DNA of 64,000 bases from a bacterium (GCA_963675755.2 CAXXMD010000002.1:736001-800000), one strand, 5' to 3'. Positions 38,203 through 48,590 are shown, counted from the first letter of the stretch. The notes: generated by a model not told the origin, from the letters alone. Program-made: numbers and translations.

Positions 38203-38582
38203 TTCATTTCCGGTAAATGTTTAAATTTATACTTAAAAGGTAATTGTTCGAGCTGATCAGGTAAAGGTTTTAACAATCCAGTTCCAACGTGAGGATAAAC
38301 TCGTAGAATTTTAGCATCAACTTGCGGATCAAGAGCCATTCTTGGCATATTTTTATCAACTTGAGGATCAACAGGCAATGAAGGAATTGTGATATGATTT
38401 TTATTCTGGTATCGATGTTTGTAGAAATCGGGTACCAGTATCTTTGGATGTTGTTTTAAACTGTCGATATTTAAATAATTATTCAAGGATTCAGGAACCG
38501 GTACATTCTGCTTGTCGTCATTTTCAGCAATGGCAACACCTGATAAAATTAAAGTACAAAAGACCAACAATACTTTGGGCAT
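38199..38582 (-). CDS. Hypothetical Pro-rich secreted protein
   Basis: Signal peptide, GGAG RBS, ATGA overlap with the next gene. Confidence 0.6.
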   Translation of the reverse strand: MPKVLLVFCTLILSGVAIAENDDKQNVPVPESLNNYLNIDSLKQHPKILVPDFYKHRYQNKNHITIPSLPVDPQVDKNMPRMALDPQVDAKILRVYPHVGTGLLKPLPDQLEQLPFKYKFKHLPEMK

Positions 38583-38662
38583 ATTGAACTCCAGGTAGAA
38601 TGAAATTATTAATATTTTAAATTATACGTTTAAAAAAATTACCGGTTCCTTGCATTTCTCTA

Positions 38663-40135
38663 TTATTTAAATAAATGGTTATATTTTTGATATGCCTCAT
38701 CCCACATGACTGTTTCCTGTGGTTCAAAAGTCTTCATTTCAAAAGAATTTTTAACAATTTCTCGTCCTTCTTCTATTGAACCAATTTCTCCAGCGGTAAT
38801 TGCCTGGACCATAATATTACCAATGGCAGTCGCTTCGATTGGACCGGCAACAACAGGAATTCCACATGCATTTGCCGCGTATTGATTCAACAATTCGTTT
38901 TGAGAACCACCACCAACAATATGCAATGTTGTAATTTTACTGTCACTGATCTGATTAATTATTTCAATCACATAACGATATTTTAACGCCAAACTTTCCA
39001 AAATAGTTCGGGTAAACTCGCCGGGTGTTTCCGGTGCCGGTTGATTTTTATTTGAACAATATTCACATATGGCTTTGATCATGTTTGGCGGATTTAAAAA
39101 TATGGGATCATCAGGGTGAATGATTGCCTTAAACGGAGTAGCCGATTTTGCACTCTCTAGCAATACTCCAAAATCAGCTGAAATACCATTATCAATCCAT
39201 TCTTTACGGCATCCATTTAACAACCACATTCCCATAATATTTTTCAAGAAACGGATTGTATCATTAATGCCACCTTCATTGGTAAAGTTGCTGCTCAATG
39301 TAAGATCATTTATCAATGGTGACGCGGTTTCAATTCCCATTAATGACCAGGTACCACTGCTCAAATAGGCCCAGTTTTCACCTTTGGCCGGTACAGCGGC
39401 AACCGCACTTGCTGTATCATGACTTGCAGGTGCTACAACATCTATATTAGATGCTCCTGTTTCAGAAGCGATATCACTTAGAATAGGACCAATTCGGGTT
39501 CCGGTTTTTACAATTTCCGGCATAATATCAATTGGTAATGAGAGTTTTGCAAAAATTTCGGGTTCCCATTGTCTGGTGTTAGCATTCAACAACTGAGAGG
39601 TTGAGGCTATCGAATACTCTGAAACCATCTCTCCGGTAAACATGTAATTTAACAAATCAGGAGTAAATAAAAGCTTTTCTGATACAGGTAGTAATGGATG
39701 ACTGGTTTTGACCATGCTATATAACTGAAAAACAGAATTAAACTGCATAAATTGGATACCGGTATATTTATACATATCTTTCGCCGGCATCATTTTAAAG
39801 GCCTCTTCCATGATATCATTGGTACGGGAATCACGATATGAATATGGATTTCCCAACAAAACATTATCACGACCAATTAAACCAAAATCCACACCCCATG
39901 TATCTACACCCAGACTGGTTATGTTTTTATAACCTTTTTTTATAGAGTTAGATAAGGCTTCTTTTAACTCTTCGAATAACTTTAAAATATCCCAATAATA
40001 ATGACCCCACAGTAATACCTGAACATTAGGGAATCGATGCACTTCTGTTAATTCAATTTTTCCATTCTCAAGACTTCCAACAATTCCTCTACCACTACTG
40101 GCACCAATATCAAAAGCGAGATACTCCCTTTTCAT
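38663..40135 (-). CDS. rhaB: Rhamnulokinase-like FGGY kinase
   Basis: DIGASSGR, DTWGVDF, YRDSRT, SHDTASA, SSGTWSLMG and FTNEGG motifs. Confidence 0.85.
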   Translation of the reverse strand: MKREYLAFDIGASSGRGIVGSLENGKIELTEVHRFPNVQVLLWGHYYWDILKLFEELKEALSNSIKKGYKNITSLGVDTWGVDFGLIGRDNVLLGNPYSYRDSRTNDIMEEAFKMMPAKDMYKYTGIQFMQFNSVFQLYSMVKTSHPLLPVSEKLLFTPDLLNYMFTGEMVSEYSIASTSQLLNANTRQWEPEIFAKLSLPIDIMPEIVKTGTRIGPILSDIASETGASNIDVVAPASHDTASAVAAVPAKGENWAYLSSGTWSLMGIETASPLINDLTLSSNFTNEGGINDTIRFLKNIMGMWLLNGCRKEWIDNGISADFGVLLESAKSATPFKAIIHPDDPIFLNPPNMIKAICEYCSNKNQPAPETPGEFTRTILESLALKYRYVIEIINQISDSKITTLHIVGGGSQNELLNQYAANACGIPVVAGPIEATAIGNIMVQAITAGEIGSIEEGREIVKNSFEMKTFEPQETVMWDEAYQKYNHLFK

Positions 40136-40159
40136 CCTAATCCCTTTCTATTACTACAG

Positions 40160-41350
40160 TTACAACGTTTCTTTCAATAATTCTATTACGCCATTTTTCA
40201 ATTTTTCTTCAGAAGATTTTCCTGAACCTATTGTGTACAATCGCACTTTACCTTTTTTATCAATTAGAACCATGTGCGGTATTCCATAAACACCAAATGC
40301 TCTGGCGTTTGCAGCACCATCAGATGAATTTGAAATTGCTGTTGGAATGGTTATATTCATATTTTCTTTGAATTTTTTTACCCATTCGTCTTCACGTTCA
40401 GGTGAAATGTTTTTTAAATTTTTTCCAAGTTGGTTAAAATACCCATAGTATTGAGTCACTCCAATGGCCTGAAATCCTTGATCGCCATATTCCTCATAAA
40501 GAGATTGTAAAAATGGCAGTATATCTCTGCAAGGCGGACACCAGGGGGCCCAAAAGTCTAACAAAACAACTTTGCCTTTTAAAGATGCCAATGGTAATGG
40601 ATCAGAGCCTAACCATTTATCAACTTTTAGTTCAGTTGCAGGTTTGCCGACCATTTCAATCAATTGTCGTTTTGCAGCAATTTTTTTAAGATTATTAGGC
40701 GTCAGGTTATCTATGGATTCAGCCTGTTTGATAATTTCCAGAGCTTTTTTCGATTCATTCATGGTTATAAATAATTCGGCTTTATCCAGCAGCAAAGAGA
40801 CGGTTAATGTAGAGTCAACATTTTCAATTGCATTATCTACAACACGTAAGGCATTTTCAAACTCGCCTTCTTCAATATATCCGTATTGCATATAGGAATA
40901 ATAGTTTTCAATTTTTGGGGGTTGTTTTTCTAATATATGAGATTGAAACAAGTCTTCTGATTTGTCAATTTCACCTTCATACACATACAACTGAAACAAC
41001 AGATCCAGAAATTCAATGTCTGCATCATCTATAGATTTACGTTCCATAACCTGAATTGCTTTATCAAATTGCTCGGAAAAATAATACAATTGAGCTGCGG
41101 CAAACAAATCTGATTCCGGAACCTGTTCAGGATTCATTTTAGCAGTATATTTTTCTGCAAGTAATTTTTGCTCATTGCGTAAACTATCATGATCTGACAA
41201 TCCGGATTGAACGCCTTTAATCAAGATACTGTCTACCTCTGCAATCTTTTGCTGCAAATTATCATAAGTATCGGTACCACAAGAGGTTAAAATAAATATG
41301 GAAATTACACTAAAAAATAACGAAAAACCTAAAAAAGCGCGAAAATTCAT
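40160..41350 (-). CDS. TlpA-family thiol-disulfide oxidoreductase lipoprotein with TPR-like N-terminus
   Basis: LTSC lipobox; DFWAPWCPPC and GIP motifs. Confidence 0.85.
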   Translation of the reverse strand: MNFRAFLGFSLFFSVISIFILTSCGTDTYDNLQQKIAEVDSILIKGVQSGLSDHDSLRNEQKLLAEKYTAKMNPEQVPESDLFAAAQLYYFSEQFDKAIQVMERKSIDDADIEFLDLLFQLYVYEGEIDKSEDLFQSHILEKQPPKIENYYSYMQYGYIEEGEFENALRVVDNAIENVDSTLTVSLLLDKAELFITMNESKKALEIIKQAESIDNLTPNNLKKIAAKRQLIEMVGKPATELKVDKWLGSDPLPLASLKGKVVLLDFWAPWCPPCRDILPFLQSLYEEYGDQGFQAIGVTQYYGYFNQLGKNLKNISPEREDEWVKKFKENMNITIPTAISNSSDGAANARAFGVYGIPHMVLIDKKGKVRLYTIGSGKSSEEKLKNGVIELLKETL

Positions 41351-41428
41351 AAACACACCTTTGCATAAAAATACTATTATTATTGACTTACAATATACAA
41401 ATTCTTGTGTGTCTATCAAATAAAAATT

Positions 41429-41466
41429 AAAAAAAATCCTGTACCGCAATAACAGTACAGGATTTT
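41429..41466 (-). terminator. Terminator after the Mrp operon
   Basis: AAAATCCTGTAC/GTACAGGATTTT stem with an A/T run. Confidence 0.7.
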
Positions 41467-41489
41467 CAATAAAAAATTTAAATTATAAA

Positions 41490-42716
41490 CTAGTGATCAC
41501 ATACATTGTCACCGGTTTCAAGTGTATCATTGACATGGCTGGTTACCAGATTTTCAGGAGTATCAACAGATGCTCCGGTAATGACATGCACATTTTTCTC
41601 TTCAAATAAACTTTGTGCACGTTGTCCCATTCCCCCGGCAATGATAGTATGTACTTGATTTTCATGACACCATTCCGGTAATACACCCGGTTCGTGAGGT
41701 GGTGGATTCAAAACCTTAGTTTTAACAATTTTATTCTCATTTTTATCAAAATCAATAAAGGCAAATTTTTCACTATGACCAAAATGCATACACAATTTTC
41801 CATCACTTATAGGAATTGCGTAACGAACAATGTTTTCTGGCAAAGGTTCAATTGATTTTTTTTCTTCTTTTGGAGCGACATTTTCCGGTAATTCATCACC
41901 CAAAGCGTTTACCATCTTTTCAATAATTGCCTGGATCTTTTTAGCAGTTTCAGATTTGTTGTAAAAATATATATAAGGCCTGCCTTCATCGCTGGCAGTT
42001 ACAATATCCGGTTCTAATGGGATCTGGCCTAAAAAGTTAACGCCCATATCTTGGGCCATTTCTTCACCGCCACCGGATTTAAAGATATCGATTTTGTCAT
42101 GACAATGCGGACAAACAAATCCACTCATATTTTCAATAACACCCAAAACAGGCAGATTTACTTGCTCACAAAAACTGATTGATCTTCTCACATCAGATAC
42201 GGCAATATCCTGAGGAGTAGTTACTACAATAGCGCCTGTAGCATTTTTAATAATTTGAACAACAGATAAAGGCTCATCACCTGTTCCCGGAGGACAATCA
42301 ATTATTAGAAAATCAAGATCACCCCAATCAACATCTTTGATGAGTTGCTGTATAGCCCCCATTTTCATGGGACCGCGCCAAATAACGGCATCATCATTAT
42401 TTTTCAAAAGCATTCCCAGTGATACAACTTTTAAATTGTTACCATATTTCATGGGAATCAATCCGTTTTCATCGGATTGCATTTTATCGTTGTCTAAACC
42501 TAATAATTTTGGAATACTGGGACCATGAAAATCAACATCCAGCAAGCCTGTTTTATATCCATCGAGGCCCAGTGAAATAGCAAGATTGGCTGCAACAGTA
42601 CTTTTGCCTACTCCACCCTTACCAGATAAGACCAGTATTTTGTGTTTAAATCTTTCCAGTGTTTTTTCAATTTCAATTTGTTCTAATACTCTGTCAGGAT
42701 TTTGTTCATGATTCAT
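41490..42716 (-). CDS. Mrp/NBP35 Fe-S carrier ATPase fused to a C-terminal NifX/ORP-like domain
   Basis: GKGGVGKS, WRGPM, DCPPGTGD and ENMSGFVCPHC motifs; C-domain HFGHS...GGMG...CDH. Confidence 0.9.
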   Translation of the reverse strand: MNHEQNPDRVLEQIEIEKTLERFKHKILVLSGKGGVGKSTVAANLAISLGLDGYKTGLLDVDFHGPSIPKLLGLDNDKMQSDENGLIPMKYGNNLKVVSLGMLLKNNDDAVIWRGPMKMGAIQQLIKDVDWGDLDFLIIDCPPGTGDEPLSVVQIIKNATGAIVVTTPQDIAVSDVRRSISFCEQVNLPVLGVIENMSGFVCPHCHDKIDIFKSGGGEEMAQDMGVNFLGQIPLEPDIVTASDEGRPYIYFYNKSETAKKIQAIIEKMVNALGDELPENVAPKEEKKSIEPLPENIVRYAIPISDGKLCMHFGHSEKFAFIDFDKNENKIVKTKVLNPPPHEPGVLPEWCHENQVHTIIAGGMGQRAQSLFEEKNVHVITGASVDTPENLVTSHVNDTLETGDNVCDH

Positions 42717-42733
42717 AATATTTTATCCCTGCT

Positions 42734-43606
42734 TCAATTTGAATAGTTGAGTGATTTTAATACAGAATCCCATATGGATTTATATATATCAGTTAATTGT
42801 TTATTGCCATATTCAATAATACTTTTTCCCGCTTTTTGTGCAGAAAGTATATCGGTGTGATATGGTATTTTTCCAGCAATTTTTATTCCGTTTTCCTGAC
42901 AAAAATTATAAATTTTGCCAGAAAGTTCATAGTTTATATCATATTTGTTTATTACTACCAATGGATATACACCAAAATGCTTTACAAGTTCCAAAACTCT
43001 TTTCATATCATGTATTGCGGATAATGTAGGTTCAGTTACAACAAGAGCAATATCAGCACCCCCAAGAGAAGCTATAACCGGACAACCGGTTCCTGGTGGC
43101 CCATCTGTCAGGATTAATGAACAATCACTTTCTTCGCACACTTTTTTGGCTTCATTTCTAACCAAGGTAACCAGTTTACCCGAATTTTCTTCACCGGGTT
43201 CAAGCTGGGCATGAATAAATGTAAGACCTTGTTTTGAACTTGACTGGTACCATTCGCCATTTATTCTTTCTTTGAAATTTATTGCATCTGATGGACAATT
43301 CCAAACACAAACACCGCAGCCCTCACAGGCCAATGGATCGACAGCGAAATCAGAGGTAATTGCATTGAATCTACAAACCTCCTGACATCTACCACATTCA
43401 GTACATAGCGATTTATCTATTTCAGCGGTTTTACCGCCGGAAAAAGAATATATTTTTTGATTAGATGGATTCAACAATAAAAACAAATCCGGAGCATCAA
43501 CATCAGCATCAGCAAGTACTGCATTACTTATTAATGAAGCAAAAGCGCCTGTTACAGAAGTCTTGCCCGTACCACCTTTACCGCTTATTATTATTATTTC
43601 TTTCAT
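42734..43606 (-). CDS. MinD-superfamily ATPase with inserted 2x[4Fe-4S] ferredoxin
   Basis: SGKGGTGKT, CTECGRC, CEGCGVC and DGPPGTGC motifs. Confidence 0.9.
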   Translation of the reverse strand: MKEIIIISGKGGTGKTSVTGAFASLISNAVLADADVDAPDLFLLLNPSNQKIYSFSGGKTAEIDKSLCTECGRCQEVCRFNAITSDFAVDPLACEGCGVCVWNCPSDAINFKERINGEWYQSSSKQGLTFIHAQLEPGEENSGKLVTLVRNEAKKVCEESDCSLILTDGPPGTGCPVIASLGGADIALVVTEPTLSAIHDMKRVLELVKHFGVYPLVVINKYDINYELSGKIYNFCQENGIKIAGKIPYHTDILSAQKAGKSIIEYGNKQLTDIYKSIWDSVLKSLNYSN

Positions 43607-44448
43607 GATTTCAATCTATTTTCTATTTGTTCAAATAATTTAAGGAACGAAAGTTTAAATGCAGGAATTGTATGAATTAACAATTCACCTTTCGAATACA
43701 ACTCGGCAATGGTTCTGTCAAGGGGTATCTTTATATGGATCGGAATATCATTTTCATAAGCATAATTCTTGACATCTGGATAATTGGTATCGCTTTTGTT
43801 CAATACAATTCCAAAGGGGATGTTTAATTTTTTTACAACCTTAACCGCAAGTTTTAGGTCATTGAATCCAAATGGAGAATCTTCTGCAACGAGAATGATA
43901 TAATCCGCATCCCTCATTGCTTCAACAGCCGGGCAGGCAGTACCGGGAGGAGAATCAATTATATTAATTGCATTATTATCAATATGCTCTTTAACTGCAT
44001 TAATTACAGGAGGTGATTTTGCTTCACCAATTGTTAGTAATCCGGATACAACTTTGATAGAACCACTTTTTCCGGATTTTACAATACCTGTGGCATGTTC
44101 ACGCTCCGTTATAGCATTCTCAGGACATGCAATTGTGCAGCCTCCACAGGCATGGCACAATTCAGGAAAAACCAAAACCTGTTTCCCAAAAACAGAAATT
44201 GCATTAAACTCGCAAACCTGACCGCATTGATTACACAAATTACATTTCTGGTGATCAATAGCAGGAACCAACAGATTTACAGGACTCTCTGATTCTACCA
44301 GAGAATTCATAAATATGTCAACATTGGGGGCTTCTACATCACAATCCAAAAGCCGTACTTGTTGTTTTTCATCCAACACAGCTGCAAGATTGGTTGATAC
44401 AAGTGTTTTACCTGTCCCCCCTTTACCGCTAGCAATTACTATATTCAT
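43603..44448 (-). CDS. MinD-superfamily ATPase with inserted ferredoxin (paralog)
   Basis: SGKGGTGKT, DCDVEAPN, CNLCNQC and CHACGGC motifs. Confidence 0.9.
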   Translation of the reverse strand: MNIVIASGKGGTGKTLVSTNLAAVLDEKQQVRLLDCDVEAPNVDIFMNSLVESESPVNLLVPAIDHQKCNLCNQCGQVCEFNAISVFGKQVLVFPELCHACGGCTIACPENAITEREHATGIVKSGKSGSIKVVSGLLTIGEAKSPPVINAVKEHIDNNAINIIDSPPGTACPAVEAMRDADYIILVAEDSPFGFNDLKLAVKVVKKLNIPFGIVLNKSDTNYPDVKNYAYENDIPIHIKIPLDRTIAELYSKGELLIHTIPAFKLSFLKLFEQIENRLKS

Positions 44449-44457
44449 ATGTAATAT

Positions 44458-44676
44458 TTACCTTTGTCTCTTCATTTTTACACCACAATCAGGACATTCG
44501 GTTTCCGAACAAGGTACACCACGTTGATGAGTAATCATTTTTCCACAAGCAGGACAAATACAATTACCTTCAGAACCAGCAAATTTTCCTTTACTACCTC
44601 CGGAATTACCCATTCTTTTACCCTGTCCTTTTCCTTGAGTACCAGAAACAGGCCCGGTACCATCACCATTTGGCAT
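44458..44676 (-). CDS. Small Gly-rich, Cys-rich protein (DUF5320-like N-terminus plus zinc-ribbon)
   Basis: MPNGDGTGP...CICPACG..HQRGVPC...CPDCG. Confidence 0.75.
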   Translation of the reverse strand: MPNGDGTGPVSGTQGKGQGKRMGNSGGSKGKFAGSEGNCICPACGKMITHQRGVPCSETECPDCGVKMKRQR

Positions 44677-44694
44677 TTCATGCTCCTCGGTTAT

Positions 44695-45057
44695 TTATAC
44701 CCAATGACCTTCTACATCAGCATCAGATGCCAATTCCAATTTATTTTCATTAAACGCATTCAAGGCATCTTGAACTGTACCTTTAATTCCGGTGTATATC
44801 TTGACCTCTGCTGCATTCAAAGCACGAAACGCTTTCGGTCCACAATGACCGGTTAATAAAACATCAGCATGTAGATCCGTTACATGTTTAGCAGCTTGAA
44901 TGCCTGCACCAGAAGGAGTATTTAATACCTGATCATTATCTGCAAACTCTAGAGTGTTATTCTCGGTATCATAAATCACAAAACCTTTTGCCCTTCCAAA
45001 ACGTTCATCTACAGAGCTTGACAAGTCTGAACCGGTACTTGTAATTGCAATCTTCAT
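44695..45057 (-). CDS. NifB/NifX-family (ORP-like) protein
   Basis: MKIAI..VDERFGRA..GAGIQAA..TGHCGPKA motifs. Confidence 0.9.
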   Translation of the reverse strand: MKIAITSTGSDLSSSVDERFGRAKGFVIYDTENNTLEFADNDQVLNTPSGAGIQAAKHVTDLHADVLLTGHCGPKAFRALNAAEVKIYTGIKGTVQDALNAFNENKLELASDADVEGHWV

Positions 45058-45068
45058 AATAATAACCT

Positions 45069-45443
45069 TTATTTTAAATCTTTAATTTTTTCAATAAAAT
45101 CATTCAATGCTGTCTGGTGGCTTTTCAAAGTTTCAAACCATAGCATTAAATTATCTCTGCCATTTTGTGTAATTGTATAGAGTCGTTTTGCTGGTCCAGA
45201 ACCGGATGTATCCCACTCTGATTCAACCATTTTATTATCTTCCAGATGCCTGAGCATTCTGTAAATAGCACCAGGATCAGCAGTTTCATCAAAAAAGCCA
45301 ACAGTAGGTAAATCATTCATCAATTCATATCCATGACGGGAATGTTCCCACAATAAATATAAAATTGAAGGTTCAATCCAACGTGCTCGTCTTCCACGAT
45401 AACATCCACATCCTGTTGCATCTCTATTGGAAAAATTATTCAT
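45069..45443 (-). CDS. PadR-family transcriptional regulator
   Basis: HGYEL, GAIYRMLRHLE and GPAKRLYTITQNG motifs. Confidence 0.9.
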   Translation of the reverse strand: MNNFSNRDATGCGCYRGRRARWIEPSILYLLWEHSRHGYELMNDLPTVGFFDETADPGAIYRMLRHLEDNKMVESEWDTSGSGPAKRLYTITQNGRDNLMLWFETLKSHQTALNDFIEKIKDLK

Positions 45444-45450
45444 TAATACC

Positions 45451-45473
45451 TCTATATGTAATTTACATATAGA
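45451..45473. promoter_or_regulatory. Putative PadR operator
   Basis: Perfect 11-bp inverted repeat TCTATATGTAA-T-TTACATATAGA between the -10 box and the RBS. Confidence 0.7.
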
Positions 45474-45501
45474 AGTTAATACAATATATATTACATGTCA
45501 A
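45473..45501 (-). promoter_or_regulatory. Promoter of the padR operon
   Basis: TTGACA-17 nt-TAACTT. Confidence 0.6.
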
Positions 45502-45533
45502 GTTATTTTTATTAATACAACAATAATTAAAAC

Positions 45534-45562
45534 TTGACAGTTTGAGGTCTATTTAGTATACT
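45534..45562 (+). promoter_or_regulatory. Promoter of hldA-gmhB
   Basis: TTGACA-17 nt-TATACT. Confidence 0.7.
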
Positions 45563-45583
45563 AGATAAAAATTTGGAAATGAT

Positions 45584-46579
45584 ATGAAAAAATACAACGC
45601 TCGACAGGTTGCAAAATTTATAAAAAAAATGCAGCAACAGCATATTCTGGTCATTGGCGATATTATGCTGGACCAGTTTATTTGGGGCAAAGTCAGCAGA
45701 ATATCCCCTGAAGCTCCTGTTCCTGTTGTTCAGGTAACCAATGAATCTGCATATCCTGGCGGTGCAGCGAATGTAGCCAGAAACCTGGTTCAATTTGGCA
45801 TCCAATCTACAATGTGTGGTATTATTGGCCAGGATATTAACGGCAAAAAACTGCTGGGTAATTTAAAAACCTCGGGAATTGCTACCGATGGCATTGCTGC
45901 TGTTCAGGATTATGAAACAATTGTAAAAACCCGTATCATTGCCAAACATCAGCAGGTTGTTAGAGTAGATCGTGAATCCAGTTATCAAATTCCACAAGAA
46001 CAACTAAATAACCTGATTAAAAAAATTGAAAAAATAATCCCTACTGTTTCAGCAATTATTATTGAAGATTACGGTAAAGGTTTTATAACTCAGGATTTTG
46101 TTGATTCAGTTATTAAAATTGCAGCTGATAATAAAAAAATCATAACTATTGATCCCAATCCACAAAATCCATTGATTTGGGAAGGCGTTACACTTGTTAA
46201 ACCGAATCGTTCAGAAGCATATGCTGCTGCAGGTGTTCCCCTGGATGAATCAAGAGATACCTTGTTAAAAGTAGGTGATATTTTACTGGAGAAATGGAAA
46301 ACCAACCTGCTATTAGTTACGCTAGGTGAAGAGGGATTAATACTTTTTCAAGCAGGCTATCCCCCCTTTCATACTCCTACAAAAGCAATTGAAGTTTATG
46401 ATGTATCTGGTGCGGGTGATACGGTTATTGCATTTTTCACCTCTGCACTTGCAGCTGGACTTAACAGTTATGAAGCTGCTCAATTAGCAAACCATGCTGC
46501 CGGTGTTGTTGTAGGCAAAGTGGGAACTGCAACCCTAACAATTGAAGAACTTTTGGCAAGTTTCGAGCGCGATGCATAA
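45584..46579 (+). CDS. rfaE1: D-glycero-beta-D-manno-heptose-7-phosphate kinase (HldE domain I)
   Basis: RISPEAPVPV, GGAANVARN and DVSGAGDTV motifs. Confidence 0.93.
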   Translation: MKKYNARQVAKFIKKMQQQHILVIGDIMLDQFIWGKVSRISPEAPVPVVQVTNESAYPGGAANVARNLVQFGIQSTMCGIIGQDINGKKLLGNLKTSGIATDGIAAVQDYETIVKTRIIAKHQQVVRVDRESSYQIPQEQLNNLIKKIEKIIPTVSAIIIEDYGKGFITQDFVDSVIKIAADNKKIITIDPNPQNPLIWEGVTLVKPNRSEAYAAAGVPLDESRDTLLKVGDILLEKWKTNLLLVTLGEEGLILFQAGYPPFHTPTKAIEVYDVSGAGDTVIAFFTSALAAGLNSYEAAQLANHAAGVVVGKVGTATLTIEELLASFERDA

Positions 46580-47114
46580 AGCAATATTCTGGGACAGAGA
46601 CGACACACTCGTATACGATGTACCTTATAATGGGGACCCATCAAGAGTAAAGCTTTTACCCAATACCGTAAAAGCATTAACACTATTGCATACATTTAAT
46701 TTTAAACAATTTATTATAACAAACCAATCTGGCGTTGGCAGAGGTATTATCACTAAAGACCAGGTTCTTTCTGTTAATAAGCGATTGCTTGAATTATTGG
46801 GAACAAATCTTATACAGGGGATATATTGTTGTTATGATGATCCCGCAAATCCATTGGAAAATTGTCGTAAACCCTCTCCTCAAATGATCTACAAAGCAAG
46901 AGATGAACACAATCTTTCGCTTAGCTCCTCTTTTGTTATTGGTGACAAGATTGCAGATATTCAGGCCGGGCATAGTGCCAACTGCAGAAGCATTTTAAAA
47001 CTTATTGATTACAAAAATGCAGATCAAGCTAAAGCAAAACTTGAAGCAGATTATGCATCTACCAATTTGTTAAAAATTGCTGAATGGATCATCAATTTTG
47101 AAACAAGTAACTAA
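46572..47114 (+). CDS. gmhB: Heptose-1,7-bisphosphate phosphatase (GmhB/HisB-N HAD family)
   Basis: DRDDT, TNQSG, CRKP and GDK motifs; overlaps the hldA stop. Confidence 0.8.
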   Translation: MHKAIFWDRDDTLVYDVPYNGDPSRVKLLPNTVKALTLLHTFNFKQFIITNQSGVGRGIITKDQVLSVNKRLLELLGTNLIQGIYCCYDDPANPLENCRKPSPQMIYKARDEHNLSLSSSFVIGDKIADIQAGHSANCRSILKLIDYKNADQAKAKLEADYASTNLLKIAEWIINFETSN

Positions 47115-47235
47115 TTTCTCTTGCTTTTTATTTTGTAATTCCTTAACCTACATTGTTCATTAGGGAAAAATTTGTATGCTAACCAGACGTTTATTCTGTT
47201 CTTAATCATGAAGTAAACCATTAGAGAGGTGCGGC

Positions 47236-48579
47236 ATGAAATTACAATTAATGCGTATTGTATTTTTATTGTTAATTTCTATATCGTTAACTCTGGGCCA
47301 AACTGCTGGCGAAGAGGCTCTGGGATCACGTTCTTACGACGATTATGAAAATCCCAAAGCTTGCTATAGCTGCCATGTAGATATTTATATGCAGTGGACC
47401 CAGGCAATGATGTCTCAGGCGTATACACATCACTGGGATGAAATCGAATATTTTGACCTCGCTGTAGCACATGCAGAGGTTGATCCAAGTTTCAAAGGTC
47501 CGGTAGATGGCTGTAATGGCTGCCATACACCTATGGCATTCCTGGCCGGCGATGTAACTCCTCCCCGTCCGTCTGAAAATACCCGAGCGAACGAAAGTGT
47601 GCATTGCGATATTTGCCACACAATTACAGGATTTAAAGACGAACCCAATTTTAATTTCAACTTTTATTCAGATCCTGGCAGGACAAAATATGGTACAAAA
47701 CCTGGTCTTGTTTCGCCTCACCATGTTACCCAAGCCAAAGACATTTATGGAGAAGCTAAATTCTGTGGAGCTTGCCATAATGAAAAAAACCCGGTAGGAA
47801 TTTGGGTTAAATCAACCCAGCTTGAGTGGGAAGATGGTCCCTATTCTAAAGAAGGTGTACCTTGTCATCAATGTCATATGCCAAAAGCGTTGGGCAAAAA
47901 TGCTAAAATGTCAGAAGAAAGTATGGTTGCTCAACATCTGTTCCATGGCGCACATGATCCCGGTAAAGTTGGCGGTGTAATTGAATTGCGCATTCATCCC
48001 GAACAACGGGAATATGAATACGATGAAAAAGTAGTTGTCAAAGTACAGTTATTTAACGGCAAAGCAGGACACAAAGTACCAACAGGTTCAGTTGAAGACC
48101 GCATCATGTGGCTGCATGTAACAGCCACAGACGAAAACGGTAAAGTGTATCATTTACCCGTTGACCAAAAGGGATTTGATGGTGAAGAATACACCATTGC
48201 TTCTGATGAACTTGCATATGTTGATATGGGTATCCCTAAAAAAGATCCTAATTTCAAAGGTGTTCAAAGAGATGGCGTACCCATTGGTGATAGAATTTTT
48301 AGAATGCCCTATTTTGATAAAAATGGCATTATGACAATCATGCAATGGAACACAGCTTCATTGGGTGTAGATTATCGTATTGGACCAAGAGAAACCAAAA
48401 TTGAAACTTTTACCTGGCAAATGCCAGAAGATATTCCTCTTGGCAAGATTACATTCAAAGCCGAGTTAAATTATCAAAAACTGGTAAAACCCGTTGCAGA
48501 TTATTTAGGGGTTCCGGAAGAAGAAAGTGAAATAGTTCCGGTTAACCAGGCATTAACCTGGATTGAAATTTACGACTAA
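47236..48579 (+). CDS. Pentaheme c-type cytochrome (c554-like) with C-terminal beta domain
   Basis: Signal peptide; CYSCH, CNGCH, CDICH, CGACH, CHQCH; GHKVPTG motif. Confidence 0.9.
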   Translation: MKLQLMRIVFLLLISISLTLGQTAGEEALGSRSYDDYENPKACYSCHVDIYMQWTQAMMSQAYTHHWDEIEYFDLAVAHAEVDPSFKGPVDGCNGCHTPMAFLAGDVTPPRPSENTRANESVHCDICHTITGFKDEPNFNFNFYSDPGRTKYGTKPGLVSPHHVTQAKDIYGEAKFCGACHNEKNPVGIWVKSTQLEWEDGPYSKEGVPCHQCHMPKALGKNAKMSEESMVAQHLFHGAHDPGKVGGVIELRIHPEQREYEYDEKVVVKVQLFNGKAGHKVPTGSVEDRIMWLHVTATDENGKVYHLPVDQKGFDGEEYTIASDELAYVDMGIPKKDPNFKGVQRDGVPIGDRIFRMPYFDKNGIMTIMQWNTASLGVDYRIGPRETKIETFTWQMPEDIPLGKITFKAELNYQKLVKPVADYLGVPEEESEIVPVNQALTWIEIYD

Positions 48580-48590
48580 GGAGAATCAAC

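Noticed and set aside
41490-45057. Nitrogen fixation genes
   Set aside because: NifX-like domains and MinD-ferredoxin ATPases occur widely in non-diazotrophic anaerobes; no nifHDK is present in the window
45527-45805. 92-aa minus-strand ORF opposite hldA
   Set aside because: It is antisense to a well-supported gene and has no motif
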